The notes under the pieces were generated by a model. That model was not told the DNA's origin and did no database searches. It worked only from the letters and a program-made list of their open reading frames with translations. From positions 682,001 through 746,000 of the forward strand of contig NIVC01000037.1 of the NCBI GenBank assembly GCA_002269645.1: DNA of 64,000 nucleotides, in the 5' to 3' direction. Position 1 is the first letter of the stretch, and every line of letters begins with the position of its first letter. The position numbers were made by a program, and so were the translations under genes. This stretch comes from Macrostomum lignano. Taxonomy: Eukaryota. This document shows positions 42,890-56,304 of the stretch, piece by piece.

Positions 42890-43580
42890 GCAACCAAGTA
42901 GCAACCGGTTGGAAACCGAGAAAAAACCGGGTAGAAACCGGGTAGAAAACGGGTAGAAACCGGGTAGAAAACGGGTAGAAACCGGGTAGAAACAGGGTAG
43001 AAACCGGGTAGAAATCGGGCAGGAACCGGGTAGAAACGGGTAGAAACCAGGTAGGAACTGGGTAAAGACCAAGTAGAAACTGGGTAGAAACCGGATAGAA
43101 ACCAGGTAGAAACCAGGTAAAAAGCAGGTAGAAACCAGGTAGAAACCAGGTAAAAACCAGGTAGAAACCAGGTAGAAACCAGGTAAAACCAGGTAGAAAC
43201 CAGGTAGAAAGCGGGTAGAAACCAGGTAGGAACTGGGTAGAGACCAGGGAGAAACCGGGTAGGAACCGGGTAGAAACGGGGTAGAAACCAGGTAGGAGCT
43301 GGTAGAGACCAGGTAGAAACCAGGTAAAAACCAGGTAGAAACCAGGTAGAAACCAGGTAAAACCAGGTAGAAACCAGGTAGAAAGCGGGTAGAAACCAGG
43401 TAGGAACTGGGTAGAGACCAGGGAGAAACCGGGTAGGAACCGGGTAGAAACGGGGTAGAAACCAGGTAGGAGCTGGTAGAGACCAGGTAGGAACCGGGTA
43501 GGAACCGGGTAGGAACCGGGTAGGAACCGGGTAGGAACCGGGTAGAAACCGGGTAGAAACTACGGGTAGGAACCGGGGAA
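42890..43580. repeat. ~10-12-bp tandem array (ggtagaaacc(a/g)) with higher-order duplication
   Basis: Directly visible. Confidence 0.92.
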
Positions 43581-44839
43581 AACAGAGAATAAACAAATAT
43601 GAAACGGGGTGAAAATCGGTTTATGCCTAGATTAAGTTAAAACCGGTACTCACCAATTCTTCAGGAAAAGCGCTTTTTTTCCCAATAGCTATCAGGCTGG
43701 CCAACAATCAGGAAGCACCCAAGTCGAGCTGAAATCAAGCACTAAGAATGTCGCTGATACGCTGGCTACTATATTGAAGCGCTGTGAATGGCGGGCTAAT
43801 TTTAAATAAAATAAACTTTGTCCTCGCCGCTCAGCTTCTATCGCATTCTAAGAAATAGCGCCTGCTTATCAGTGCAATTTATTCAAAGCTGATTTCTTAT
43901 CATCCCGTGTACATTTGTTACTGCAATAACTGCCTTCTGTTTGCTGCATTCTGATTGGCCAGCAGCTGAGCCAATAAGAGGCGGCCCTGTCCTGGCAGTA
44001 GGGATTACTTGCAAGGTCATCATTTCGAAGTTAGAATGTAATTAACTTTGTAAGCTCGTGTCGTATTGAGTATTTGGGTCGAGTTTGGTCGAGTTGGGTC
44101 GAGTTTTTGGCGCGGCACAGCTGGGGGTGCACGATATAGGTAAGCAGCAGGACGAGCATCGATGACAAAGGCATGCCTTATTCTAGAGGAATCAATGGTG
44201 ACCATAAAGTTTGTTGATGACAAAAAGTACTTACAGGACTGCAATTGGTGCTGTTTTGGTCACTAGAAAACTTGCACAGAAGCCCATGTGAACGCTCTAT
44301 AATATAAATTTGCCCAACTGCCAGCCTTATTCTGTCAAGGCGGTTGTTTTTGTCAGTTAAGTCAATAAATGACCAGAGTGAATGAAGACTTGCGCGTTTA
44401 CTGCTGAAAAATACCTGATTGATTGCTGAAGCCTTACAGGAGCAAAATTGATGATAGGCATTGGGAAAGCTCTTTGACTGATTGGATTCAGGCAAAACCG
44501 CTTTTGGAGAGAATCATCTTTTATCAGTTCGCCTCTTGTCTCTTGCGTCTGCACAAGCAGAAAGCACTTGTTTTTTCCTGATTGAAGCCATTCACAGAGA
44601 AATCAAATCAAGAAAGAGGCTTGAAGAGAAGCTGCATGGCGCTCAGAACCATCTCGAAAATTGTAATGATCAAATATGAACTATATAATATGGTAAATGA
44701 TTTGAAAAGACGGTTTTCTTTTCCAGAGGCAATAACCGATAAGATTTATAGGTACTAATCAGTCGACTTTTAATCTTATCTCTGCAACCCACTACTTAAT
44801 AATATGATTGTATAGTCAGTTAATTCTGTTGTTTCAAAT

Positions 44840-45325
44840 GAAGTGTGCAGTGGGAAGTGTGCAGTGGGAAGTGTGCAGTGGGAAGTGTGCAGTGGGAAGT
44901 GTGCAGTGGGAAGTGTGCAGTGGGAAGTGTGCAGTGGGAAGTGTGCAGTGGGAAGTGTGCAGTGGGAAGTGTGCAGTGGGAAGTGTGCAGTGGGAAGTGT
45001 GCAGTGGGAAGTGTGCAGTGGGAAGTGTGCAGTGGGAAGTGTGCAGTGGGAAGTGTGCAGTGGGAAGTGTGCAGTGGGAAATGTGCAGTGGGAAGTGTGC
45101 AGTGGGAAGTGTGCAGTGGGAAGTGTGCAGTGGGAAGTGTGCAGTGGGAAGTGTGCAGTGGGAAGTGTGCAGTGGGAAGTGTGCAGTGGGAAGTGTGCAG
45201 TGGGAAATGTGCAGTGGGAAGTGTGCAGTGGGAAGTGTGCAGTGGGAAGTGTGCAGTGGGAAGTGTGCAGTGGGAAGTGTGCAGTGGGAAGTGTGCAGTG
45301 GGAAATGTGCAGTGGGAAGTGTGCA
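44840..45325. repeat. 14-bp tandem array (gtgtgcagtgggaa)
   Basis: Directly visible; open in all six frames, which explains the ORF cluster there. Confidence 0.98.
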
Positions 45326-46859
45326 GGAGGAAGTGCGCCGGAAGTGGCATATTGGAAAAACACACAGCAAGGGAATAATTTCAACACTTTCCAAGAAACG
45401 GAAGGGGAGCAGCGGCAGCAACCTAAGGATCAGGAAGGGCAGCAGGATAGAATGTGTGCTCTAATTGGGATACACAGGCAGATGGGGCCCCGCTCGCGTT
45501 GGCGGAACTGGCACAGGCCGCTGATTCAGAGAAGACAAATTAGACTAGGACTCAGATGTGGGCAGAAAATAATTGAAACGAATGTCGCACAAAATAGTAA
45601 ATTATGTATGAGCGCCAAGGGCCGCATAGACATTTCAAATCCGAATTGTTGATAGCATCGAGTGCCCCACACAAGCTGCACTGGCAAGCGCGGATTCTGC
45701 CTCCCTTTTCCTTAGCGTCTGTCTCTAGGGACTGCCGGACGATGAGAGGCAGAAATTCCTTCATAAGGGAACAAAGAACGTAGCGGGAATCTTTAAATAA
45801 GCCTAGTGCTCTTATTTCCCCTTCTTTGGAAGTTCCTCTTTGACAAGGTCGCAGGGGAGATGTCGCTGATTACAGACCCTTTGACTACCTACAGAAATTA
45901 CCCTACAGTCGTCCCTGATTAGGAAAATTCGAGGCAGGTGATAAGAAGGCAAATTTCTAAGCCTACTAATTATTACCCTAAAAATACCTAAGCTTTAATT
46001 TGCAAACTGTCGGAGAATTTCATCAATTTAGCTCATAAAGACACTACTATACGTGTCAAGTTCCAGGTAGAATGGCATGGTCATCAACACAATTAGACCA
46101 CATAGCATGCAGTGCAATTGCATAGAAGCGATAATGACGCTCATTTGAGAAAATCTCGCTTAACTATGAGCTAGAATTTGCAAATAAGCAATTTTGCTTT
46201 GAGCCTAACGATACGAACGCTATCCTCATCCAATCCAATAGGGTTTTCTGTATTGGGCAGTAATTATTTACCTCATATATTCATGCATTGTTAAGTTCCG
46301 CCGTCTGTTCCACATTTCCTATAGCTCATGCACTAGTACTGCTGGCATTGCTAACTGACAAGTGGAGGGGCCAAGTTTTTGACGCGCTTTTGTTCTGCGA
46401 TAAGGACAAAACTAGTTTAGTCTCGGCCTGAGCGACTCGTATTCAATTTAGACCACCGCCATGCACACAGTGCTCATTTATTATTGAGAAGAGCCTGTCA
46501 CAGATGTCTGGCTGCCAATTATCGAAAAAGAGACGGCCTGACACATCTTTCCGACTGTATACTGTGGCTCAACTTGTTCGGGTACTTTAGCAACATTATT
46601 TACAGTGCTTATCGCCTCCCGCTGCCAGGTTGATGCAAGCCTGTAGCTACAGACCGAGCTGCCTGACTCATAACTCAGCAATTTGCTCCTTGAATTTAAG
46701 CTTGAGCCTTGCCAGCGCAATTGAAATTCCGATCTTGATGAAAACCGTGTTGGTTAACTGACGTTAAAAGGTTAATGAGGTGTCTTGCTTGATTCATGTA
46801 GACCAGGACCCAGATGGGACTATGACTAAATAGGAATACAAATAAGACGCTCAGACACC

Positions 46860-48000
46860 GAGGAGTCTAGCATGCACACACTCGCTGAAGAGTTGGGAGG
46901 AGCAGTAAGAGGCAGTCGAAGGGGTCAGTCCAATGAGCTGGCCTGGAGGTCAAGCTCAGTCAGGCTAGTCAGAAGTGTCAGATTTAGCGCTTTTCATCGC
47001 CTCAGTTGGTTGTTTGGTGTAGAAGAGCCATGGCGAGAGAGTTGGCTTCGCCTCGATTGTGACGTCTGAGGACGTCGCCAATTGGGAGTGACAGGCGCCT
47101 GCGCCAAAAGATCGCACTGAGAGGCAGGGCGCCAGTTTGTCTCGCAAGCTCACAGTTTGAGATGGTCGCAGAGTAGCGAATGCCAATTGCATAGCGTAAG
47201 CAGCGCTCTGTGCGCAGAGTCGAGGCTTCTTTCTTGAGAGTTGGTCATCGGCACCAGTTCCAGGCTGTACAGAAGGATTGATTCAACGGCGGCCTGGAAG
47301 ATCCTCATCTTCAAGCGGTCAGTGGCAGCGGAGAATACCGGGTGCGTCGTGGGCACCGATGGCATCCGGAGCCATAATAGGAGAGTCGAGGTAGAGGAAG
47401 TTCTGGTAGACCGCGATAGGTTCACCGTTGGGCAGCCGGAGTGACGTCATGCAGTCTCCAGATGGAGAACCTCTGTCTTGCTAGCATGGACCAAATGACC
47501 TCCAGTCAAATTCGAGCAACCCCCTTACACAATCTGGTGAGGTAGCGATGAGTGGCACCAGGATCCTTGCAGGCCGGCGAAGGTGAGAGCGCCAAGGAGT
47601 GATGACGAGGGGCCAGAACGTAGCCATGGTCCTTTTGCAGCGTCAGCCGAAAGAAATATGTCGACGACCAGAATAAAAAGAGAAGTAACCAGCGTGTCAC
47701 CTGATAGGACACCAAAAGTAGTTGTGATGAGCCGTCGAGACTTGCGTTGGGCCTTCGGCAGTCTTGACTAAAGCGCCTTGTAGAGGTCGGTGACAGCGGT
47801 GTTGAGGGCGTAGCCGACTTCGAAGGGTTGATGCTACTGTACATGTAGCTTATTGATTTTATTTGTTGTAGTTTGTAGTTGTGTACTGAGACCAAGGTTT
47901 GCCGTAAGGAAAGTCTTGTAGTCTGAGTCCCTCTACCTGCTGCGGCGCCAAGATAATTGCTAACAACATCGATACTCGAAATAATGTAAATGTTGGAATT
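46860..48000 (-). mobile_element. Decayed RTE-like non-LTR retrotransposon fragment (RT and C-terminal region)
   Basis: Broken minus-strand frames give TTFGVLSGDTL (cf. GVLQGDTL) and MRIFQAAVESILLYSLE..MTNSQERSLDSAHRALL. Many stops and frameshifts. Confidence 0.7.
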
Positions 48001-49482
48001 TGGTCATGTACATACGTAGAATTCTTGGCTTCGCCCCCAGCACCATAAAATCTATGACGACGCCCCTGCGTACATGCATCCGATAAACTTGTAGGGGGGA
48101 ATCTGGTAAGCATGCAGGCTTAGTGTAAAGCATGAAAGAAGGCACTTGATCGCGGTCAAACGTCGGGCTCCCATCTATATCCATGCACGTCGAACAACTG
48201 TCCAACATCATAAACACGTGCATCGGGTGTAGCCATTCTTTCTAGATCCATTGCACACAATTGGGCATTAGCACTCGCGACAGAGTGCATTTACATGTAA
48301 CCGAAGCGCATCAGTGATCAAACATAAGTAGAGAAGGGAAGTTCTAGAAAGGAACCGGAATGATTTTTAATCATATTCGTGAGCAAGGGGAACTTCTTCC
48401 TAAAATCATGATTTTGATCCAGGCCAATACTGCCGATCAGGGTGTGCGGAAATTGTATGAAGCGAGCGAGGTCATGCAGACTCATAATTGTCGCTAATTT
48501 TTGCCGTGACTAGCTACTAGTGTATGTACATGTATAGGGCCCCGTGTTGGCGGGAAGTCGATTTTAATTGCTTTTTCTATCACACGGAGCTGTCGTTGGC
48601 CTGGCACGCTAGAAAATCTCTAATCAGAAGCTTCATGCAGCTACAACAGGCCTATAACAACACCCGTAGTGAAATGCGTTTGAAAATTCGAAAATTCATC
48701 TACATTTTGGTAACCGACACGGCATTTCCACTGCTTCAAAGAGTATGAATTGTATGTGCGTAACATATCCTACGGGAGTACACGAGTACTTTACTATGGA
48801 GCTAGATACTAATTTGTACTGTCGATGCACAAAGCTTTTACTTTTTGTTGAACAAAGCTAAAAAGAACGTGAAAAATTCATACAGTTTATAATGCGCTGT
48901 AGCTTTAAATGAATATGCTCGTACATACATGTACATCATGGATATATGTACTAATTAATAAGCATGATATTGTATTGTATTTTAAATGATCGAATTTGTA
49001 TCCATGGGCATTTTCGTTACATTCATTACATGTATATTATATACCAGGGGCGTAATAGCCAGGCCTGGCAGGGGAATTTTTTTACTGCCGTTGTATTTCG
49101 CTTTCACGCTAACATCGGAGATGGGACTGATGTATCTGTGTCGTCCCCCCCCCCGACGTGAATCCTGCATGACAATGCGCCTGGCCATGGTGTACTGGCG
49201 CGCGTACGATCGAGCAATTCATGTACTGTAAATGCAGGAACGCATTCGTTATAATACACGCTCACTCAAAGTGTACACAGGGGCTCTGATTATCGAATTT
49301 TAAGGTTAATATACTGTACTGTGGGTTGGCCCTCATGAGTGTGAATCACACGAGAGGGATTTCTTATTAGATGTCAAGGCTATAGGGGTCGTCAGGGTTA
49401 GCTACGAGTACGTACAATCGTACATGTATTTTTATTCCAAAATTTGTATTCCAATTTTTGTTGGCTTCCCAACTTGCTAGTT

Positions 49483-50860
49483 CTAACTAACTTTGAGGCA
49501 AGGCTTGCATAAGGAGTGGACCGTCGCGCACATCGTGCCGATTCCGAAGAAGGTAGGGACAACGCGGAAAGAAGACCACCGCGGGATCTCGCTGATGTCC
49601 TGCGACGCTAAGCTCTTCATCCGGCTGCTGCTCGATCGTCTGCAGTCGGTGCTGGCTGGACCCGTACCTGCGGTACGAGCATAACGGATTCCGGCCGCAA
49701 CGCAGTACAGTAACACAGATCCTCGCACTCCATCATCGAGGAGGCGCGCATCCGCCATGTCTACGCTGATCATTGTCTTCGTTGACTTTCGAAAGGCGGT
49801 TGACTCGGTGTTAAGAGCCGCGCTTCCCTTTGTCCCTCGAGCCTACCGGGTCCCCCAGCAGCTAATTGACGCCGTCATGTCTCTGTATCGTGACACTCGA
49901 GCTCCTGTGGTGACGGCGGACCTGTTCGATACTTCATCAGGAGTTCTGCTGAGCGACACGCTAGCGCTGTTCCTCTTCGTGCTGCTGCTGGACTGGGTGC
50001 TTCGGACCGCATTCCCCTCGCGGTCGGCTGACGACGGCTTCCTGCTACGCAGAGTCATCGGTCACCGTCATGGCGAAAAGCGCCTGAGCGTGCTTGGCTA
50101 CGCCGACAAACTCGCTCTCCTGTCTTCGTCCGTTGAAGGCGCCCAGAGCCAGATCGACAGGCTGGTCGAGGTGGCATCGAGCGTCGGTCTGGTTGTCAAC
50201 ATGCACGCTGAAGACCAAGGTGCTGACTGTGCCGGCCGACATCACAGTGGACCTGACGGGCCCGGCGCAGATAGGCAAACTACCACGCTCGCACGCTGCC
50301 AGCGGTTCACCTACCTTGGCGGTCTGGTGCCTCACCGGAAGACCTCCGGCGACGCAGAGGACTTGCCTGGGCGGCCTTCCGTTAGATCCGGGCCGTCGTC
50401 CAGCCCGAAGCGCTGCCCGACCACCAGAGGGCTCGGCTGTGGCAGGCAGTGGTCGAAACCCTCCTGCTATACAACGCCGAGACGTGGACGCTGACGGCTA
50501 CGTTGGAGCAGCAGTTAGACTCGGTGCACTCAGGGCTGCTCCGTGCGGCCTTTCGAGCTGATCCGCTCGAGAGGTCTACATGTACGATCGGGCCAAGCTG
50601 CAGCGCCCGTCCATCATCCTGCGCCGGCGGCGACTTCAACTGGCGGGCCAAGTGATCCGGGCCGAGAGCTACTGCCTCCAACTTGTTCAGGACGTTCTGC
50701 TGCTCACCTTGCAGGGCCCCTTCAGGCGGGGTCAGGCCCAAACCCGTCGATACGTGGACTGCCTTCGACGCGACGCCAGGGCGCCCGACACTGCTAACAG
50801 GGAGGACTTCGTCCGCTCTCAGGCTCTGCGGCACGCCATCTGACGCACGCTGCTCTAACT
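49483..50860 (+). mobile_element. 5'-truncated, frameshifted RTE-like non-LTR retrotransposon (reverse transcriptase)
   Basis: KEWTVAHIVPIPKK..RGISLMSCDAKLF, VFVDFRKAVDSV, SSGVLLSDTLALFLFVLLLDWVLR, LGYADKLALLS (YADD decayed), FTYLGGLV, VETLLLYNAETWTL, ILRRRRLQLAGQVIR. Confidence 0.9.
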
Positions 50861-53074
50861 GTGACTTTGCATGCGGGGCTGCGTACGTAATTGTTGTTTG
50901 TTGTTATGTATAAAGTAACACAATGTAGTAGATGCCGACGATTCATTGGACGAAATTGGAAGAATTCTTTACTAAGAAGTTACCATATTTTCTTAGTGAA
51001 CTCTTAGCGCAAAAAGCCCCAAAACTTTTTGTATACACTGTACAACATGTATATGCATGGTATTTCGTTGTGGTCCAACCAAGAGTATATATGTAAACAA
51101 ATCGGAGCTGTCCATGGCTACAGCACATCCTTAAGGGAATCGAGGCAAGTCATTTGGGTGAAAACATGCACGGAACTTTCGGACCACCGATACCTTGGAC
51201 TGCAGGACTATGACCTCACAATCCAGGAGACTCTGTGCTCATAAATTTCCCTTAGTTGCCATATGGGCAAGCAAAATACATACGCAGGGGCAGGCCTACA
51301 TATAGACTTTAAGTGACAGTGAACAAATTCCATATATTATCTCTTTTTATATAGATGTAAAAAAACGATTCTAAGCTGCATATTGAAAGTACTACATGTA
51401 TAAGTAGCACAAACAATTGCGAAGCTCAGACCAAGACGCACTTCAAACTATCCGGAATTAAAAATAATGAAAAAAAGAAATAGCTAAGAAAATGAAAAAT
51501 TAATATGAATAGATAAATTAATCAACAAAAACGGTGTTGCCTTAAAACGCACTTATCCGCAATTGTATGACACAACGGGCTTCAGCAATGAACACTTGTT
51601 CAGGAGAATTACGCAGTTAATGCAGTATTGTTGATTATAAGAAGAAGATTTAGGTATTTAAAAATAGATAGCATATGCTTTTAGCTTGCACTGTTTAATT
51701 AAAAAAAGATAGCATAAAGCACAATTTAATGTTTTGTTATAAATATTTGTCTTTCAAAAGTCTTTAATTCTTGCACTGTCGAACCTGACGAGTCGCCAAA
51801 AATGTTCTGACTACTTTCGAACTTGTAATAAGTTACTCCTATCTCTTACTTATAGTATTAGTTCGTTTTTACTGTTTCCATAGTGCTCAGACATCAACTG
51901 AGCATGGAAGCCGTTTTATGGACTGACCAGACCTAGAATTTTGTGTTGCATTAAAAAGACAACTAAAATCTTTACTATTCCTTTTATACCAAATCGAGGA
52001 ATAACCTGAAATTCAAAAAGCTTTTCCTTCGCCCATCGTCTGTGTCTGGAAACTCTGCGTCTAAACAGATTCACCTATGTGTACTTAATTAGCGTAATAA
52101 ATAAACTTTGGATTAAATTAGGCCTAGGCCTAGTAAATCGAATTTGCAGAAATGGATGATATCAGAAACATGCAGCGCCGGACACATCGTAAGTAACGTT
52201 TCCAAACAAAGTAAATTTTGTGAAAGTATTAAAAAAGTTTTTTTCTACAGTTTTCTATTTATCTTTTGGCTTTTGGCTTATTTGAGTTATTTGCACATTT
52301 GCAGTAACTGCCTGCTCACAAACAACACATCTATTTGTTTGGTAAAAAATGGCTACTCGCCCCATGGAACAGTCATACGAATAGAATGTTTGTTAGTCTG
52401 CCTAACCTAAATATGTGATTAAAATATATTTTAATAAGGTCTAGAATAAAATAAAGGCTAGAAAACTAAGAGTTTTGTTAAATTGAAAAATGAGTTAAGT
52501 TTTAATCACTACCCTATTATAACTAGTGTTCTATTATAATTATTGCTATAGTTGAACTTATTGGAAAGTTGGCAAACTTTGATTATAGATTTTAGAAGAT
52601 TTGGAATATCTTCCTCAAATGCAAGACTCATAAAATATTATAAAGCCAAAGCCTGTATTTATTTTTTTTATTTTATTATATTTTGTAGGGCATTCTATTA
52701 ATGTTATAAAAGGTAATATAAATAGGAAAAGTTTAGTTAAAAAAATAGTTAAGCATAATATAGCAAATATTTATATAATACAAGCTGTTGAAACCCGCGG
52801 ATTTTGAACCCGGGGAATTCCAATCCCCGGAACTACTTTTGCATGTATTCTGAAATCTAAGGCCATACACAAACAAAACTTGTTAATAGTGAGTAGGATA
52901 GAGGTAGACATAAAATGAAGCACATTCGTGTAAAATTAGGATTTGAGGCAAACATTGATATTGTTGTCTGGGGTACTGCGCAGAATGTCAGGCAATGTCT
53001 GTCTGACTCTAAAACATGTATGGGCAAACTCTGGCCTCTCCCTGCCTCTCCCTACGTCCCTTGGATCCTTTAAA

Positions 53075-53677
53075 ATTTCTATCGTCTCTTCTGTTTCCTC
53101 TCTTCTCTCTCGTCCCTCGTCTCTCCTCTCTCATCTCTCCCCTCTTCTCTCGTATCTTCCCTCATCTCTCTTCTCTTTCATCTCTCTTCTCTTTCATCTT
53201 TCTTATCTCATCTCATGTCTCTTCTTTTCTCTCTCCTCTCCTCTCTCCTCTCTACTTTTTCGTTTTCTCTCTCCTCTCCTCTCTCCTCTCTACTCTTTCG
53301 TTTTCTCTCTCCTCTCCTCTCTCCTCTCCCATCTTTTCTCGTATCTTCCCTCATCTCTCTTTTCTTTCATTTCTCTTATCTCATCTCTTCCCTCTTCTTT
53401 TCTCTCTCCTCTCCTCTCTCCTCTCCCCCCTCTTCTCTCGTCTCTTCCTTCTCCTCTCTATTCTTTTCTCTCTTCTCTTAACTGTCTCCTCTACTCTCTC
53501 ATCTCTCCTCTCTACTCGTTCCTCTCTCTCTCTCCTCTCATCTCTTCTTTCCTCTCTCCTCTCTCCCCTCTTCTCTCGTCTCTTCCCTCACCTCTTTTTT
53601 CTCTCTCGCCTTTGCTCTTTCATCTTTCCTTTCTTTTCTTTTATCTTTTCTCTCTTATCTCTTCTCATTTCTCTCTG

Positions 53678-53751
<74 letters not shown>

Positions 53752-54500
53752 GTCTTTCTCTCTTATCTCTCCTCCTCTCTCTACTCTCTCCCCTCTCCAT
53801 TCTCCTCTTTCCTCTCCTCTCTCCTCACTCACTTCTCTACATTTGTCTCTCTTCTCTCCTCTCGTCTCCGTAATCTCTTATCTCTTCTCTGTTCTCTCTA
53901 CTCTCCCATCTTTCATCTGTTCACTCTCGTCTCTGCTCTCTCATCCCCCTCTTTAATCTGGCATCTCAGTCTTATATGTTCTCTCACCTCTCTCCTCTGT
54001 ACTCTTTTCTTTCCCCTCTTTTGACTCCTCACTTTCCTTTCTCCTTACTTTTTTCTCTTCTCTTCCCTTTTCTATACTCTCTCTCCCTCTCTTCTCTCTC
54101 TCTCTCTCTCTCGAGTCTCCTCTCTCCTTTATCTCTCATCTCTCATTTCTCATCTCTCCTTCCACCTCTCTCATCTCTACAACCTTGGAGATGTAGAGAT
54201 GTATCTTTATCTCTTCTCTCTTCCCCAGTGGTGGGAGTGAGGAGTGCCCATTTTTTTCGCGCCGCAAGCTTTTTTGTGTCAATCTTTTGTGTCAACTCTC
54301 TGCTCTCCTCTCTGCTGTCTCCTCTCATCTGCAGCTCTCTGCTCTCATCTCTACTCTCTCCTCTCGCTTTTCCTCTCTCCCTCTTCTCCCCCTCTCTCTC
54401 ATCGTCCTCACCCCCTCATCTCTCCTATTATCTTTTATATTTTCTTTTATCCCCTCTTTCGCTTCTCCTCTCTTCGAATCGTCTATTCCTTCTTTCCACT
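53075..54500. repeat. 1.4-kb polypyrimidine (CT-rich) low-complexity tract including a pure (CT)n run near 53680-53745
   Basis: The plus strand is almost only C/T. It explains the S/L-rich ORFs. Confidence 0.95.
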
Positions 54501-55149
54501 CTCATCTGCCCCTCAGCCATAAGCTGGATTCTTTATCTGGCCACTGACATGGTTGTTCTCATGCTTTGATCACGTCATCTTTCTTGCCAATTCGCAGCCC
54601 TGAAAGGAATTTGTGTATCTTCAGCTCTACTGCAGTTTGCATCAGTCTAACAACCAAGGAAATACGCATTTCTTAGGGGGCCATTTAAATTTTAAAGTAC
54701 TTTTAAGAGAAACTTAAAATGTCCATGGTGTGCCTAATTTATTAGGGTTGTATTTCATTGCATCGCATTGCCTTTTCATAAATCTTTCGCTTTTACAAAC
54801 CATGCTGGATTCCCTCGATTTGCCAATTGCCATCCACTGTTAAACTGCTGCAGAGTTTGCCAATACAGAGAGGAGGGCAGTGGTTAGAATTTCTCACTAA
54901 ACTGTTATGGCTAAATGTAGCCTCTCCACTCTTGGGGTGCGAGAAGGCTATAAAAAAAGTTATTCCAAAACACTGTACATTTGCTATGTACATTCAGTCC
55001 TATCGCCTGACCCTTCGTCTGGCTCTGGGGGAATGAGTGAGTGAGTGGCACAAACAACAGAAAAAGCAGACAAACTTCACATGCTTACAGTTTCTTTTTC
55101 GGTTGAGTTACAGAGTTGAAACTTTACATTTAGATAGAGAATGAGTCAA

Positions 55150-55630
55150 TGAAGAATTGCATCAAGTTGGGAGTCAATCGCTTTACGTGGAGCAAACTTA
55201 TAGCAGCTGAAAGTTAGTCAATTTTGAAACCCTTTTACACATCTGGGCCCAGATCGGGATCGGGAAAGAGAGGCAGGCGGGCGGAGGTTGGGGTGGTTGC
55301 TACGCTGAAAAAAACAGCCTAACTTTAAAAGTGCACAGCACCGCTCAGGATTGACTTTGAGACTCGAAATTTTACACAATTGTGCCAAAATAGTTAAAGA
55401 TTATCTGTGTCAAATTTGAAGAGAATCGGTAGAAGTGGAGCGGCGCTATGGAGGATTTAGTTAAAAAATCGCGCATTTTGAGCAGTTTTTTGTACTTTTA
55501 GGTAGGAAGACTTGAGTCTAGGAAATTAAAAGGTAGCCTAAGACATTCTCCGTAGTAAGTTTAGGGTGGGTGTAAAGTTTGGTGTAATTTGGTTGAGCGG
55601 TTTGGGAGTCCATAGCGAAGTAATTTGTCC

Positions 55631-55663
<33 letters not shown>

Positions 55664-55690
55664 GTTTTGATTTTTATAGGTAGAGATTGT
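55150..55690 (+). mobile_element. Possible DINE-1/HINE-like non-autonomous Helitron-type element ending in (GACA)n plus tttttataggtagagat
   Basis: aaatttgaagagaatcgg, gtaatttggttgagcggtttgggag and acagacagacag...gatttttataggtagagat resemble the architecture of invertebrate microsatellite-bearing Helitron/Helentron derivatives. The left boundary is uncertain. Confidence 0.45.
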
Positions 55691-55710
55691 TTATGCAAAT
55701 TTTATTTAGT

Positions 55711-56304
55711 CCACACTCAGGAAAGTGTCACGTGTGCGCTGGAATATATTTCAGCATATTTTTGGAGTGTGCGCTGTGCGCAAAGCTAAAATATGAATTT
55801 TTGTGCCAAGTTCTACATTCGTTTATTGACAAATATATAGCTAAATTACTAATGCGCCGTAGCACTAAAAACTAGGTAAAAGTCCAATTAAAACAAAACT
55901 AAAAAATGGATAAATTTTCATACATTATGTAGGCTTTTTTTCAACTTAAAACTTTTGCTTTATTTTAGCTTACGTAGAGAATTTTCAAAAGAAATAGCTC
56001 TAACTTTACCTTATAATCCAATTTTGAATTTTATTATTTGTTTTACTTACCAAGAAACAATTTTTTTATTGATATGCTTGGAAAAACGTAATCTTAAAGC
56101 ATATTTTACGCACTGCATATGCAGATTATACATTTAGGTGACTCAATATGAGCTAAATTTTTCTGATCAGGTTTTGCTATGTGCCACTATGCGCTAAAAA
56201 CTTCTGCTAAGCCTTTGTTGTGCGCCGTGTGTGCCACTTCGTGCATATTTTTCGTTGATGTGCGCCAGAATTTTCTGCCATAATGTACACCTTCCTGAGT
56301 GTGG
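55711..56304. mobile_element. 594-bp MITE with TIRs CCACACTCAGGAA and an 8-bp target-site duplication TATTTAGT
   Basis: tatttagt|ccacactcaggaaagtgt ... acaccttcctgagtgtgg|tatttagt, with repeated tgtgcgc subterminal motifs. Confidence 0.85.

Noticed and set aside
44776-45652. Cys/His-rich ORFs (CAVGSVQWEVCSGK, HFPLHTSHCTLPTA) resembling metal-binding proteins
   Set aside because: They come from a pure 14-bp array open in all frames, with no splice or codon evidence.
45552-45764. ORF starting MKEFL, like a PKA-C N-terminus, with a Cys cluster
   Set aside because: Similarity stops after five residues, PKA-C exon 2 is already present at 35811, and no family match was recognised.
52943-54569. 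Long Ser/Leu-rich ORFs
   Set aside because: They are by-products of a stop-poor CT-rich tract.
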